A DNA stretch of 64,000 bases from Monocercomonoides exilis PA203 (taxonomy: Eukaryota; Protista; Preaxostyla). Shown piece after piece: positions 34,464-46,322 of the stretch. The stretch is from positions 1,054,001 to 1,118,000 of the forward strand of contig LSRY02000024.1 in NCBI GenBank assembly GCA_001643675.2, in the 5' to 3' direction. The notes under the pieces are model-generated. The model was not told the origin of the DNA, did not search any database, and worked only from the letters and a program-made list of their open reading frames with translations. The position numbers were made by a program, and so were the translations under genes. Within the stretch, counting starts at the first letter, position 1. Each line of letters opens with the position of its first letter.

Positions 34464-35399
34464 CTGTGATGTTCCATAAATTGTGGTTGACATATAAGGA
34501 TGCAGGTTGAGTGCCAAAGGAAAAGATATAAACTTTTCTATTTTTTTTTGCACATATCGTTTTTCTTGTTGCTCTTTATTTGTTGTTTTCTTTGAATTTG
34601 TCGAATAACCCGATTTCAATCCGATCTGTTTCTCCGATTTCTCCGAGGCCATACCATCATCTCCTTTTCCTCCTTCCTTTTCCCCACTTTCATTCTGCGG
34701 CTCACCTTTTAGTCCGATTTTTCCTTGAATTTTCTCCGAATCTGATTCGTTGAATGCATTTTCCTCCTTCTTCATCGGCTTCTTTGCCTTCTTTGCCTTC
34801 ATTTTGTTTGAGGCAGAAGAGGAAGGCGTGGATGAGGAGCCAGACAGCCCAAATATTTGCTTTGCACCTCCCCTCAATCTTCCATTTTCATCACTTTTGC
34901 ATCTTTTGAGATGAACAATAAGAATTCTTGGAGCTTCGCGTATTGACAGTTGCTTCTGCGCACAGCACAATTTCCCACAACTGACATTTGCGTGCAACAT
35001 AAAACAAAATCAAACGAATAATCGAAATATTTTCCACTGAGTCAGAAAAATAATAATTTAATTTCAAACTTTGAACATAAAAATTTATTGTCTTGTTCCA
35101 AAAAGTCTTTAAAAGTGAATCTATCAAAAGCTTCTTCAAGTGTGCGGCAATTTTCCTGTGCAAAATATTTTATAAACAATAATTTTAAAAAATAGAAAGT
35201 TTTCCAGTTTGAAAATTAAAATACAGAAAAATTATTTGTTAAATCAAAAATCAAAATTTTACGAATAAAAATTAATATTTTTTAGAAAAAAAGTCCAAAA
35301 TAAAATAAAATAAAATAAAATAAAATAAAATAAAATAAAATAAAAAAATAAAAAAATAAAAAAAAATAAATAAAAAAATAAAAAAAATAAATAAAAAAT

Positions 35400-35437
<38 letters not shown>

Positions 35438-36371
35438 TTCATACAATGTCTAGAGAAATACTCAAAAATGGATCAAAAGAGTTTGATACAACTCCGCATT
35501 CAGCACAAGAAACACAAGACATAAAATATCCACCAAAAATTTGATGGATAACTGTTGTTGACTCGATCCGAAGTGGAATTCTATGTTGAATGTTTGGTAA
35601 GCACCTTAAATGAGCACATTGAAGTACTCCTAATAAAAACTCAAAAACATCTTCATTTGATCCAAAGTGGAAATCAGAATTAATTTTTGATATATTTCTC
35701 ACAATTTTTGTGGGGCGTAAGCTCGAACCAACAGATTTAATCATACTTCGGAATAAATCCTCCATTTCACACAAAATGCAGAAGCTTTCCCTCGCACCTA
35801 TCGAAAAATGAAATGAACAAGAAATTTTTTCAATGTGAAAAATTGTACAAAATAATTGCAAACATTTTGAGGAATGATTCTTACTAAAAAGCCAATTTAC
35901 AAAAGGAGGAGTTGAAATTAGACATTGGAATGTTGCTGAAATATAGCAGGAATTTCCAAGGTTCACAAGTCCTCCACCCATGGGCAATGGATTATTCCAT
36001 TGAAAAAACGATTTTAACTTATTGCCTTCGAAAAGAACAACCGAAGGCTTAAGAAAAAGCCGATCAAATGGACTTTGTTGTTCCTGCGTCAATTGAAAAT
36101 GATTTGAGGAAATGCCCAAATCATTCCATTTGTATAAAGTCAATGGATGACTTTCAAATGAACATGGTTGAGATTCTTCGTAATTTGAGCCAATACTAGC
36201 AGATGAACGATCAGATTGAGTTGCCGGGATAAAAATGATCCTTTTTGTTTTACTATCAACTACATTAATACGAGCAACTTTATCAAAATACATTTGTTTG
36301 TAATAAGCCTCCAAATTCTCTCTTTTAGCTTTCAATTTTTTATTTTGATGATCAAATTTGATCAGAAACAA
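32829..36371 (-). CDS. USP36: Ubiquitin-specific protease, USP36/USP42 (nucleolar) type, 4 exons, start uncertain (first ATG 36293)
   Basis: Cys box GLVNLGNSCYISATFQCL, NEDVFEFL, Zn-finger CAEC/CSNC and His box HQGHSAEKGHFVSYVK...WYEADD. The C-terminal DAYDKEYDLGKVDKIK motif and RGG tail fit USP36. Inferred introns: 35798-35863, 35156-35444, 34981-35069. Confidence 0.82.
35297..35433. repeat. Intronic (TAAAA)n / A-rich and (TA)n microsatellites
   Basis: Directly visible in USP intron 2. Confidence 0.9.
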
Positions 36372-36783
36372 AAAATGAAGAAAATTTTCATCACTTTCAA
36401 AATAAATTTATTTAAAAATTCTAAATATTTCGTTAATAAGTGTTCTGTTTCACAAAATTCTCACTAAATGTAATGAATTCCCATCTTTCCCAAAGTTATT
36501 CATTATTCAATTCAATTTCAACAAAAATGCATCATCCCCAAGATGTCAATTTCCCTTTGTTATTCAAGTTTTGAATATTTTTGTTAAAAAAAAAAACAAA
36601 AATTGATAATGTTTATCACAATTCTTTCAAACAATAACTTTCCAAAACAATATCCTCTATTTCAAATTCACAGTCATTATAAATTACAAAAAATGATACA
36701 ACAAACAAACTCGATTGACAATGAAAAATAAAACAAATGATTAAACAGATATGCCAAACAAATATCAACCATTTAAAACAATT

Positions 36784-37909
36784 CTAAACAGAGAGAGAAT
36801 AATCAATCATGCACTCAATGTAGAAGTCCTTGTCAATAGTTCCATCTGGGTTCTTTGGTATTTGGTCAAGCACTTTTTTAAGTTCGTCATTAGAAGGAGT
36901 TGAACAAGGAAGATGCACCAATGCGTGTCTGAGATGAGATACTTCATATGGCTTCGATGGATCATCTGGATGTGGATTATCAAAGAAATTAAGTTGGTGA
37001 CGAAGACGTTCTCTTTCGCTGTCACTAATCTTCTTCTTTGGATGAAACGGTGAAATCTTAAAACCAAATCCTTGACTTTTCTTTTTTTCTGATCCAAAAT
37101 CGCTATGACCAAAACTGTCATGATGGCTTTCGTGTTCAGAGCCCCATCCTCCTGATCCAGGAGCAGGTCCCCATCCGTGAGAAGGTGGACCAGAAGGAGG
37201 TGCTCCCCAACCAGGTCCTGAAGGGCCAGACGGTGGAGCCCCCCAACCAGGTCCTGAAGGTCCAGATGGAGGCGCACCCCAACCTGGTCCAGACGGTCCA
37301 GATGGCGCAGATGGTGGAGCACCCCAGCCAAATGACGGTCCTCCAGTTGGAGGAGTCATTGTGAAGCTCATTCCAGGCATCCCCATAAAGCCTCCCATAG
37401 AAACCTGTGAACCTCCTCCTGGAGTTGGTCCAGCAGAAACGCTCATCCCAGGCATCCCCATAAAGCCTCCCATAGAAACTTGAGAGCCTCCTCCTGGAGT
37501 TGGTCCTGCTGACATTGAAAATCCTGGCATTGTTCCCATGAAACCTTTCATCGCTGCATCGGGAGTTGGAACGGTTCCCATTGTAAGATAATACATACAC
37601 GTTCCAACAAAGTCATCTTCTGCAATTTTCTTATCTTGAAGAGTCAACAATCTGTGCATCGTCTCCGCATCTTGATCTGATATTTCTTTTCCGCACTTTT
37701 TAATTGCCTTTGCAATGTGTTTGGGCTTTATCTCATCCCCAAGTCTCTTTTTGTACTTTCTTCTCAAAGTCTCTTCCCATTGTTGTGCAAACATTTGACA
37801 AATATCCAACTAAATGGATCTTAGCCATAACTTGAACATCAATTTTAAAAAATGGTGGTATGCTTTGTACTTCGCAATGGTTTTGGAGCGTATGCTCATA
37901 AAATATCAT
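36784..37909 (-). CDS. Calmodulin/centrin-like protein with two degenerate EF-hand lobes separated by a Gly/Pro/Met/Trp repeat linker
   Basis: The C-lobe ERERLRHQLNFFD...PSNDELKKVLDQIPKNPDGTIDKDFYIECM and N-lobe EIKPKHIAKAIKKCGKEISDQDAETM...IAEDDFV follow calmodulin lobe spacing. A short first exon is probable from ATG 37909, with an intron ending at 37810. Confidence 0.6.
37141..37510 (-). repeat. Coding tandem repeats: 36-bp units (PSGPSGPGWGAP) and two 75-bp units (SAGPTPGGGSQVSMGGFMGMPGMS)
   Basis: Visible in both DNA and protein. Confidence 0.9.
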
Positions 37910-38981
37910 GTGGTTCAGGCATCAACGAAAAAAACGTCCCACAATAATTACATTGATAAACATGTGTAAAAGCAGACCAAGATTTTTTTAAAAATTAATT
38001 CGTACAAGGAAAATTCTTGTGTATTTATATCTTTTGATTTAAGACATAAAGAAACACAAGGAGAAATAAAAATATAGTTTTCCAATATTAAAGTGGTAGA
38101 ATAATCTCTCGGAACTTTCATTTTATAAGTGACCGAATGGTAAACTGCCAAATAATCTTAAAGAGAAAATAAGTGTTGAAATTTTGAATGTGCATTCTTG
38201 GTTGTTGAAACATCCTTAATTGAAATAAATTATGTGTGGATTAGAATAATTATTTTGGATTTCCTTCAAAGTCCGAAATATTAATAATTTAAATGATTCA
38301 TATTTTGATATTTATGAGGTTGCTCAATTGATAAATGAATTTTCTTTGTCTGTGCTTCTGCAAGATTAAACAGATTACAAATTCGCGTGGAAGTTGCAAT
38401 TTTAATTTCTTGAGAAATAGAAGTTTGTTCAAATAGAAATGTTACCAAATGAAAAAGCTTATATTCAGAAACAAAGAATTTCGTTAATGTGGCTTTCTTT
38501 TCAGAAGTTTTTTATTTGGTAATGTAATTTGTTGGTTTGAAAGTTAATTTATATAAGTTCCATTTAATTATGAAATATCAACTACAAGTTTATGAAGAGA
38601 GATTTTTTTTGTGTGTAAACTGTCTAATGGATGTTATATCATTAAGGCTTAAAAATACAAAATAATAATTGAAAAAAGTCATGCTCACAAGATCAAAAAT
38701 GAAGTTATACAAAAGTTTTCTTTCTTTGGTTCTTTTCGTTTTCTTTTTTGAAAACAACAACCAAGTGATAACTTTGTTATTCCTTATTTTTCAATTCAAC
38801 AAAAAATATTTTTTTAATTTTTGTTTTATTTCGTTCATGTATTTTGAATGTTTTAAGCATTGATTTTTTTATTCTTTGATAAAATGCCTTTTAATAATAA
38901 ATCAAAAATAGAAACTTAAATAATCCAAATAATCAGAATAAATTCAGATATAATAAATGGCATATTTGATCAATTGTTTTT

Positions 38982-40553
38982 ATGATTCTTTGGAGCATAT
39001 TTTTAATCTCGGCATTTGCCGAAGAATTCGTAGATTTTGAACAAGAAATAGATGATTATAAAGCAAATGGTACAGATATAAATTCGGAGCAGATCATTTT
39101 CCATGATGAACCAGCTTTTGATTTTGATGAAAGATTTTATGATGATACTCTTCAAGAAATGGAAAGTGAATATAGTGACGACGAAGAAGCAGATGAAATG
39201 ATAGATGAGGTAGATTTTTATGAAATTGGAGGCGATTCTTTTGCGAATAACGAGGTTGATCTTGAAGAAGAAGAAGATATTGATGGTGCAAAGAGGCCCA
39301 AACCATCCCCAAAGCCTAAGCCAAAGCCAAAGCCATCTCCAAAGCCTAAGCCTAAGCCGACACCAAAACCAAAGCCGACACCAAAACCAAAGCCGACACC
39401 AAAACCAAAGCCGACACCAAAACCAAAGCCAACTCCCAAACCAAAGCCAACTCCAAAGCCAAAGCCAACTCCAAAGCCAAAGCCAAAGCCTACACCAAAA
39501 CCAAAGCCTCAACCTCCAAAGCCGAAGCCAAAACCGACACCAAAACCAAAGCCTCAACCTCCAAAGCCGAAGCCAAAGCCGACACCAAAACCAACTCCAA
39601 AACCAACTCCAAAACCAAAGCCAACTCCAAAGCCCACCCCAAAGCCCACCCCAAAGCCAACACCCAGGCCAAAGCCAACTCCAAAGCCAACTCCAAAACC
39701 AACTCCAAAACCAACCCCTAAACCAACCCCTAAACCAACCCCTAAACCAACCCCTAAACCAACGCCAGATGTTAATTACATTATTTATACAGTAAAATCG
39801 GGAGATACATTATCTGGTATTGCTAAAAGATACGGAACATCCGTTCAAACATTATGTTCTTTGAACAACATTAAAAATCCAAATTTGATATATGTTGGAC
39901 AGAAATTGAAAGTTCCAGGAAATGGCCCAAAACCTGAACCACCAAAGCCAAAGCCAAAGCCTCAGCCTCAGCCTCCCAAGCCTTCACCAAAGCCCGTTCC
40001 TGTTCCAGATCCAAAGCCAGAGCCAGACGTGCCTGTGGAAGGAGGAGTGACAGATGATCAGATGAAAAGATTAGGATGGAATCCAAGCACTTGCAGAATG
40101 AGCGATTTGAACAGCTGCTTGTCAAGATTCAGCATTAATACTCATCTGAGACTGTGCCACTTCTTGTCTCAATGCTCACACGAATCAGCATGCGGAAGAT
40201 ACACGAAAGAGCTGGCTTCCGGAAAGGCATACGAAGGAAGAAAATCTCTTGGCAACACGCAGCCAGGAGATGGGCCTAAATACAAGGGAGGTGGGTATAT
40301 TCAATTGACAGGAAGATACAATTATCAGGCCTTTGCCGACTTCATTGGTGATCAGAACGTAATGAATGGTGTTGACTATGTTGCTGAGCATTATCCATGG
40401 TCCTCTGCTGGATTTTGGTGGCACAAAAATAAGATGAACGCATTATGTGACAATAACCCATCTGTTGAGCAGGTTACAAAAAGAGTTAATGGTGGATATA
40501 ACGGATTGGAGTCAAGAAGAGGTTACTTCAATAAAGCTGTGAACATTTTTTAA
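38982..40553 (+). CDS. Secreted LysM + glycoside hydrolase family 19 (endolysin/chitinase-type) protein
   Basis: Signal peptide [13 protein letters not shown], acidic segment, Pro/Lys/Thr stalk, LysM ([17 protein letters not shown]...[14 protein letters not shown]) and GH19 motifs [40 protein letters not shown] and [15 protein letters not shown]. No intron. Confidence 0.93.
39295..39768 (+). repeat. Coding minisatellite encoding the ([10 protein letters not shown])n stalk
   Basis: 12-bp and 18-bp tandem units are directly visible. Confidence 0.92.
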
Positions 40554-41101
40554 AATAGAAATTCATCAATGAAATAAATTGTAAATAGGCCTTTTAGGAA
40601 ATATATATATATATATATACTTAGAGATTTCTCTACATCAATTTTATATATATATTTTTTTTAAGTTTATTTTCATTTATCCTTTTCTTATCTTTTTATT
40701 TTTGAAAACAAAGAGTTTTTAGAGATGAAAAAATTTTGTTTTTAAACAAATATTTTGATTGTTGCGAATTTAAATAAGAAATCAAAAATATATCTCTTTA
40801 AAATAAAAGAATGTTCCAAATATTAATTGAGAAAGACAACTTTCACGTTAAGTTTTGAAAAAATAGGCGAGATATTATCTGATTGACAGACGAGTTGAGC
40901 AAAAATTCAAAGAGGACATGAAAAGCACTCTTTTTTTAATTATTTTAAAATTATTGTTATTTAGCGAAACTTCGTCTGTCATGTTCAGTTTTGAAAATGT
41001 TAAAAATAAAAAAATAATGGGTGCGATCATGAGCTGATATTGTTCCGGTGAGATATTTATTTATAGAGTTCGCAAATGTTGATGAACCCTGTTGTTTGCA
41101 T

Positions 41102-44100
41102 TAAACCTCTGCGTCACCCCGAAATACAAAATTATTCGTCAGTCACTTCGTCACTTTTTTTTTTTTTTTTTTTTTTTTCTGGTTAAAAAATTGATTGATT
41201 GAGTGGCATAATAACATAAAAATGATTCGTGTTATTATTCTCGAAATATTCAAAAAATAATCTCTTGCATGACCCATCTTAAATTTGTCAAATTTCATCG
41301 TTTGACTTTCGAAAGAATAACACAATAAATTCTGTCAAATTTCGAAAGAGATTTATTGAAATGATTATTTCATCAAATATAGATTCAAGCAATATATGTA
41401 TATTTTCCGGATTCCAAATAGAACAATTACTGCTTTTGAAGGATTTATTTTGTTGAAAAGCATGGAGAAATCGTTCGTTATCCCCAAAAGGATATATTGC
41501 AATCAACACAAGTTATGGAATTGGAATTCTTCATAACTATCCATTTACTAACACGTCATCGTTCAGTAATGAAAGATTGATTTCTTCATTTTCTTCTTTC
41601 AAGCCAGTTCCTGCAAGTTGCATAACAGAATAATTGCCTTTTTGTTTTGCTTTTTTTTTTCAAAGGATATTTGAGAGAATGTGTGGAAGAAGAGTTTAAA
41701 TCAACAACACTGAGATTGTTTGAGAATTGGAGAAGAAGAAAAAAGAAGAGGAGGAAGAAGAGGTGGAAGAAGGGAAAGAAAGTGAAAAGCTATCTTCAAC
41801 ATATACCTGAGCAGCCTGAGCATCATTGAAGCTCTGAAATTATTTCTCCGAACCGATGAGCGGAGATACTTCGAGAAGAAATGTGGATCAACGAGATCAA
41901 TGGAAAGCGAGATAGCTGGTGTGGGAGAATAAGCTGCAACTAAAGAAAGATGTCGGATGGGATAATTGGACGAATTTTTTGAGGAAAGTGGAAATGGATC
42001 AGTTCAATGCTCTGTTGGACAAGTCTTGCGTGATTGTTGATCTGTCGGTGATGTGGCTGCAGTCGAAGAATATTGCAAAAGAAGAGAACGCACAGAGAAT
42101 CTCAGCAAAGAAAAACTCCGATACAAAAGAGACACTGATGAAACTGAAGGTTATGCTGCATGAGCTGGATAGTTCTTTGGCAATCGAAATGGAGCAGATT
42201 CTGTCACTAGAGGGGAAGCACAGGAGAGCAAGAACGTACTGTGAAGGCGCGCGTTCTGCCAGCAGCAGTTAGGTGAATCTGTTGCACACTCAGTTATGGT
42301 GATAAGACAGGGAAGGAAAATTGTTGCAGATGTTGTGTAGCTATCAATGGGAATCGAGAGAGGAAGTATCAACAGAGAAAGAGATATAACTTGGCGGAGA
42401 GAGAGAGGGAGATGCTGAAGGAGAGCTTTAATGTGGAAGATGGCAGAATATATACAAATGGCGAATGCTAAATGATGAATCGGTAACAACAGCAGCAGCC
42501 AAAACGGTAATGGCAGCGGTTACGGAAGAAGTTGATGAATTTGAGTGGTTTGCGACGATGGGAATGAGGAGAAAGATGAAAAGGAGAACGAGGAACAAAC
42601 GGAGGATATGGAGGAGCATGCGAGGAGCATGTGGAGAGGGATGCAGTGTGGATGTTACGATGGTGGAAGAGAGCCAATGCAAGGGACGATTGTGGGTTTC
42701 TCACTGATCATAGTAAATATGCAAAGGAATGCTGAGTTTGTATATCAGCCAAAATGAAACATGGGGAATATGTGGATTGTAGACTCCACACACCGCAAGC
42801 AACATCAGCAGCAACATTATCCTTTCTCTTCTCGGAAACAAACACAAACACAAGCACCAACGTGAATGCAGCAGTCACCAAGGCTACCCCATGCATGTCA
42901 GGGAGCATTGATAAACCCTGGGTTCTTCACACACGAAAATGGAATTGACAACCATTTCTTGACTTCATCATGTTCATCGTCACCATCATCCTCTTCTATT
43001 TTTTCTTACGCTTCCACTTCCTTCACCACCACTTCCTTCTCCTCCTCCTCTTCTTCTTCTTCTTCAAACGAAAATAATGCTCTTCGAATACTCCATTTTC
43101 TTCTCCTTTTTAAAATAGAATGATCGAACAACATAAAGTCCTATAAACGCTAATTTGCTTCTTCAACACACGCATTACAATTTTTCCTTCTCTCTGCATT
43201 TCTTTCTATGGAAACACCACCGCCTCCCGCTTCGCATACATCGCTCTCCTCCACTTCTTCTGCCTCTCCTTCTCAAACACTCCACTCACACTCCAATCTG
43301 TCCTTTCCTTCTTCTCTCTTTCGTCCACACCGTCTGTAAAAGTGGCTTCTCGAACATCCGAAAGCAGATTCCAGCCATCTTTCAGCTGAGTGCTGAAAAT
43401 ATGGAAGCGTTTATAATCATTTTTCATTGTTTTGTGCTTCTAAAGATAATTCTACATCTAGCGCTTGTCGAAATAGAGAAGAGAACAATGCACATGCTTT
43501 TGGAAGCAGCACCAGCTCGTTTGATGACCTCACCTTGTTGAATTCTGCAGGAACGTCGTATGCAATTAAGGAGATTGCGCTGCTTGAAGGCGAAAAAAGG
43601 GAAAATGCCCATCGGGAGAGAAATGGTTAGAACAAGAGAAGAGATAGGTGGAATTATGATTATTGACTGAAGAAAGGAAAATCATTTTCATTTTGAAAAA
43701 ATATGAGGTGTCACATTAAAAATTCGCATGTTTATTTTAAAAAAGAAATGAAAATGATCTGAAAAAAGATTCTTTCACAATATCACATTTTTAACAAACA
43801 GTTCTAAACTCAATTGATAAGATCTGACGTTTTTCCCCAACTGCTTTGCAATCCCTTGAAAATAATCGATTTCTTAAAAATTCGCTGAACAGAAATTGGA
43901 TTGGACCATTTAAAAATGTTGAAAATATATTGAAGATATCACTTTCTTAGAAAATATTGAGTAAGGATTATTTGAAACGTCATCAATCATGCATTTATCC
44001 ATTTCATTTTTTCAAAAGTTGAAAATACGACAACAAACAAAGTTTAATAAGCTCTTTTTTTCTTGACCGAACAAGTTTAATCAAGATTCTCTGATGCTGT

Positions 44101-44876
44101 AAATCAGTCGAAAATATCAATAGTTGAACACTGTAATAAATATTCTGCGAAATGCATTATTTTCTATACTTAAACATTAAAATAAACTCCGTTCACTGGC
44201 TGAAAAGAACTCGTGCGATTCGCATCATCATCGGTATGTCCCTCCTTCGCTTCACAAAAATTATTATTTGTTAACTGCACAATTATTATCTTTCTCTAAT
44301 GAATTCCTTCGTATTTGATGTTCATTTTTTCATGATAATGAATATCTTCTTTTAAACAAAACAATTTATCAAAATTTATTCTTTCTTGTAAGTCGAATAT
44401 CTTTTCACCATTGCTTACAGCTTTGAGCATTTCATTCAATTTTCAGAGCATGAATGAATTTGAAATTTCCACGATTATCTAATCAATGCTCAAAATATCT
44501 CTATTTATCGAATCCGAGAAACCAATATTTTGTTTTGCAATAAGAATTGACAAGTGACTTGACAGTGACGAAAGTGACAAATTTTTGGAAAGTGACGAAA
44601 GATCTGAAAAAGTGACGATCAAAAAAATCATTAACTGACTTGATCAAAAATCTTATCCAAAATTAAAAATTGATATCCAAGTTTGAAAAAAAACTTTTTT
44701 TTTCAAATTTAAAATAAATATTTTTTAAAAAGGACCACAAAACTTAATTTTCTGTATGGGCAAGCCAGCAGAAAAATAGAACTTTTGATTAAATCAAAGA
44801 GTGACAAAGTAATTATCAATTTGTCAGTCACTAAAGAAAAAAAGACTCGTCACTGGCAGGGTGACGAGGAGGTTTA
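41102..44876. mobile_element. Non-autonomous hAT-type DNA transposon (3775 bp) carrying gene-fragment cargo
   Basis: TIRs TAAACCTCTGCGTCACCC / TAAACCTCCTCGTCACCC match at 16/18. A perfect 8-bp TSD GTTTGCAT lies at 41094-41101 and 44877-44884 and fits the nTnnnnAn pattern of Ac-type hATs. GTCAC/GTGAC subterminal motifs cluster at both ends. No intact transposase ORF. Confidence 0.85.
41650..43640. pseudogene. Degenerate protein-coding fragments inside the hAT element
   Basis: GC-richer, codon-like segment with short broken ORFs on both strands (41919-42272 +, 42465-42707 +, 43206-43427 -), flanked by AT-rich element arms. Confidence 0.55.
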
Positions 44877-45129
44877 GTTTGCATATTTAACTTTTATATT
44901 TTCTTTTATAAATTATACGAAAACACAAAATTCTTCTTTTTAGTGGATGAATCGCAAATCCTTTCTAAAAAGTTTTCGCTTGGGTTCTGCGCTGGAGAAG
45001 AAATCAGTTTGCATCATGTGGATTTTCGATTAATCATAAAATTGATGGTTTGTACTGAGCGGATTATTTAAATGTTTGTTATTATCATTTTTTATTGTAT
45101 CAACAATACTTTTGAAACAAAGCATTGCA

Positions 45130-45880
45130 CTATAATGAATGGAAATAGAAAATCGAAGTATTGAATGGATTGATAGAAACAATATATGAATATGGATTTG
45201 TTTTTTTTTTCCCACAGAAGAATTGTTCGATAAAATACATAAAATGATTGAAGAAGAGAAAATGACGTTGGGGAATGTTATTCTGTTACTGAAGCGTATT
45301 GGGCTTTGCAAAGCGTTGAAAGGATTTTTTTATTTCTTTTTTTGATAATTCATTGATGCCAAAAGATTTGAGAAGATAATTACTGACGAAAATGAGAAGA
45401 AAGAAGAAAAGAATGAAAAACTTTTAGCTGATCTTTCGAATTCCTCGTTTTTCTATTCATTGGATTACCATCTAAATTATTTTCAATTGACATAATCTAC
45501 CTTATGAAAGCTGCATCGAACAAAGAGGAAAGCTATACAGTTCAGAAAGATGTGGAAGTTGCATTAACAGAATCGAAATGATTGGAGTTTATGTATGAAC
45601 ATTTCTGTTTCATTTTTGTAATGTTTGCTTTTTTTTCCTTATTTCTGACTAGGAAATGAAACAAGAAGAATATTTGAAGGAAATTGCGGAAATCATCAAA
45701 CATCAGCAGAAACACAGAAATCTTTCACGATTGGCCTATCAGTCTGCTTGGCAATATTTAATGAGCAGATTCTTCAATGATAATAGATTGGAAGGTTTAA
45801 TTGTGAATAATCTGCATTTTGGAAGAGAAGCACCAAGAGAATTGGAAGAACTGTCAAAGTGTGTGGATTGGAAGAGATGA
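45130..45880 (+). pseudogene. Pseudogene of an expanded lineage-specific helical protein family
   Basis: Broken frames read EELFDKIHKMIEEEKMTLGNVILLLKRIGLCKALK, KRFEKIITDENEKKEEKNEKLLADL, LMKAASNKEES, an intron, then EMKQEEYLKEIAEIIKHQQKHRNLSRLAYQSAW...CVDWKR*. I recognise this from memory as a high-copy Monocercomonoides family; not verified. Confidence 0.65.
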
Positions 45881-46322
45881 AAATAAGAATTGGGAAGAGC
45901 AAAATGAATTAATCAGCAGTAGTGGCTGAGAAGAAGAAGAAAGCAGCGGAAGCTGCAGAAATGAAAATTGAAGCAAGAGAAATGGCAGACAAAGAGAATG
46001 AAACAAGAAAAATGGAAGATGTTAATTGAATGGCTATATTTAATGAATTATGTTTATATGTTATATATTGTATATTTTATATAGAGTTACCTATTAAAAA
46101 TTTAAATGATTCTTATTTGAATTAACTTATTTTTTATTTGTTGCTTTTGGAATTATGTTGTAATTAGTTTTATATGTTTTGTCGTATTTTGATGAATTTT
46201 TTAACAATTCATTAAAATATGCAAATTTATATCTATATTAATGATTGACATTTTTGTATATACTGATTGATCAAATAATAAAAAATTATTGAACACCTTT
46301 TTAAACAATTTTTGTAAATATT

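Noticed and set aside
39295-39768. CRISPR-like or telomeric array (CCCTAAACCAAC units)
   Set aside because: It is an in-frame coding repeat for PKPT with no unique spacers.
40884-40981. Short inverted repeat TGACAGACGA...TCGTCTGTCA
   Set aside because: Only about 10-13 bp with no TSD, which is not enough to call an element or structured RNA.
41288-41509. Remnant hAT dimerisation motif (LIAIYPFGDNERFLH)
   Set aside because: Resemblance to the SxxxERxFS motif is too weak to call without a profile search.
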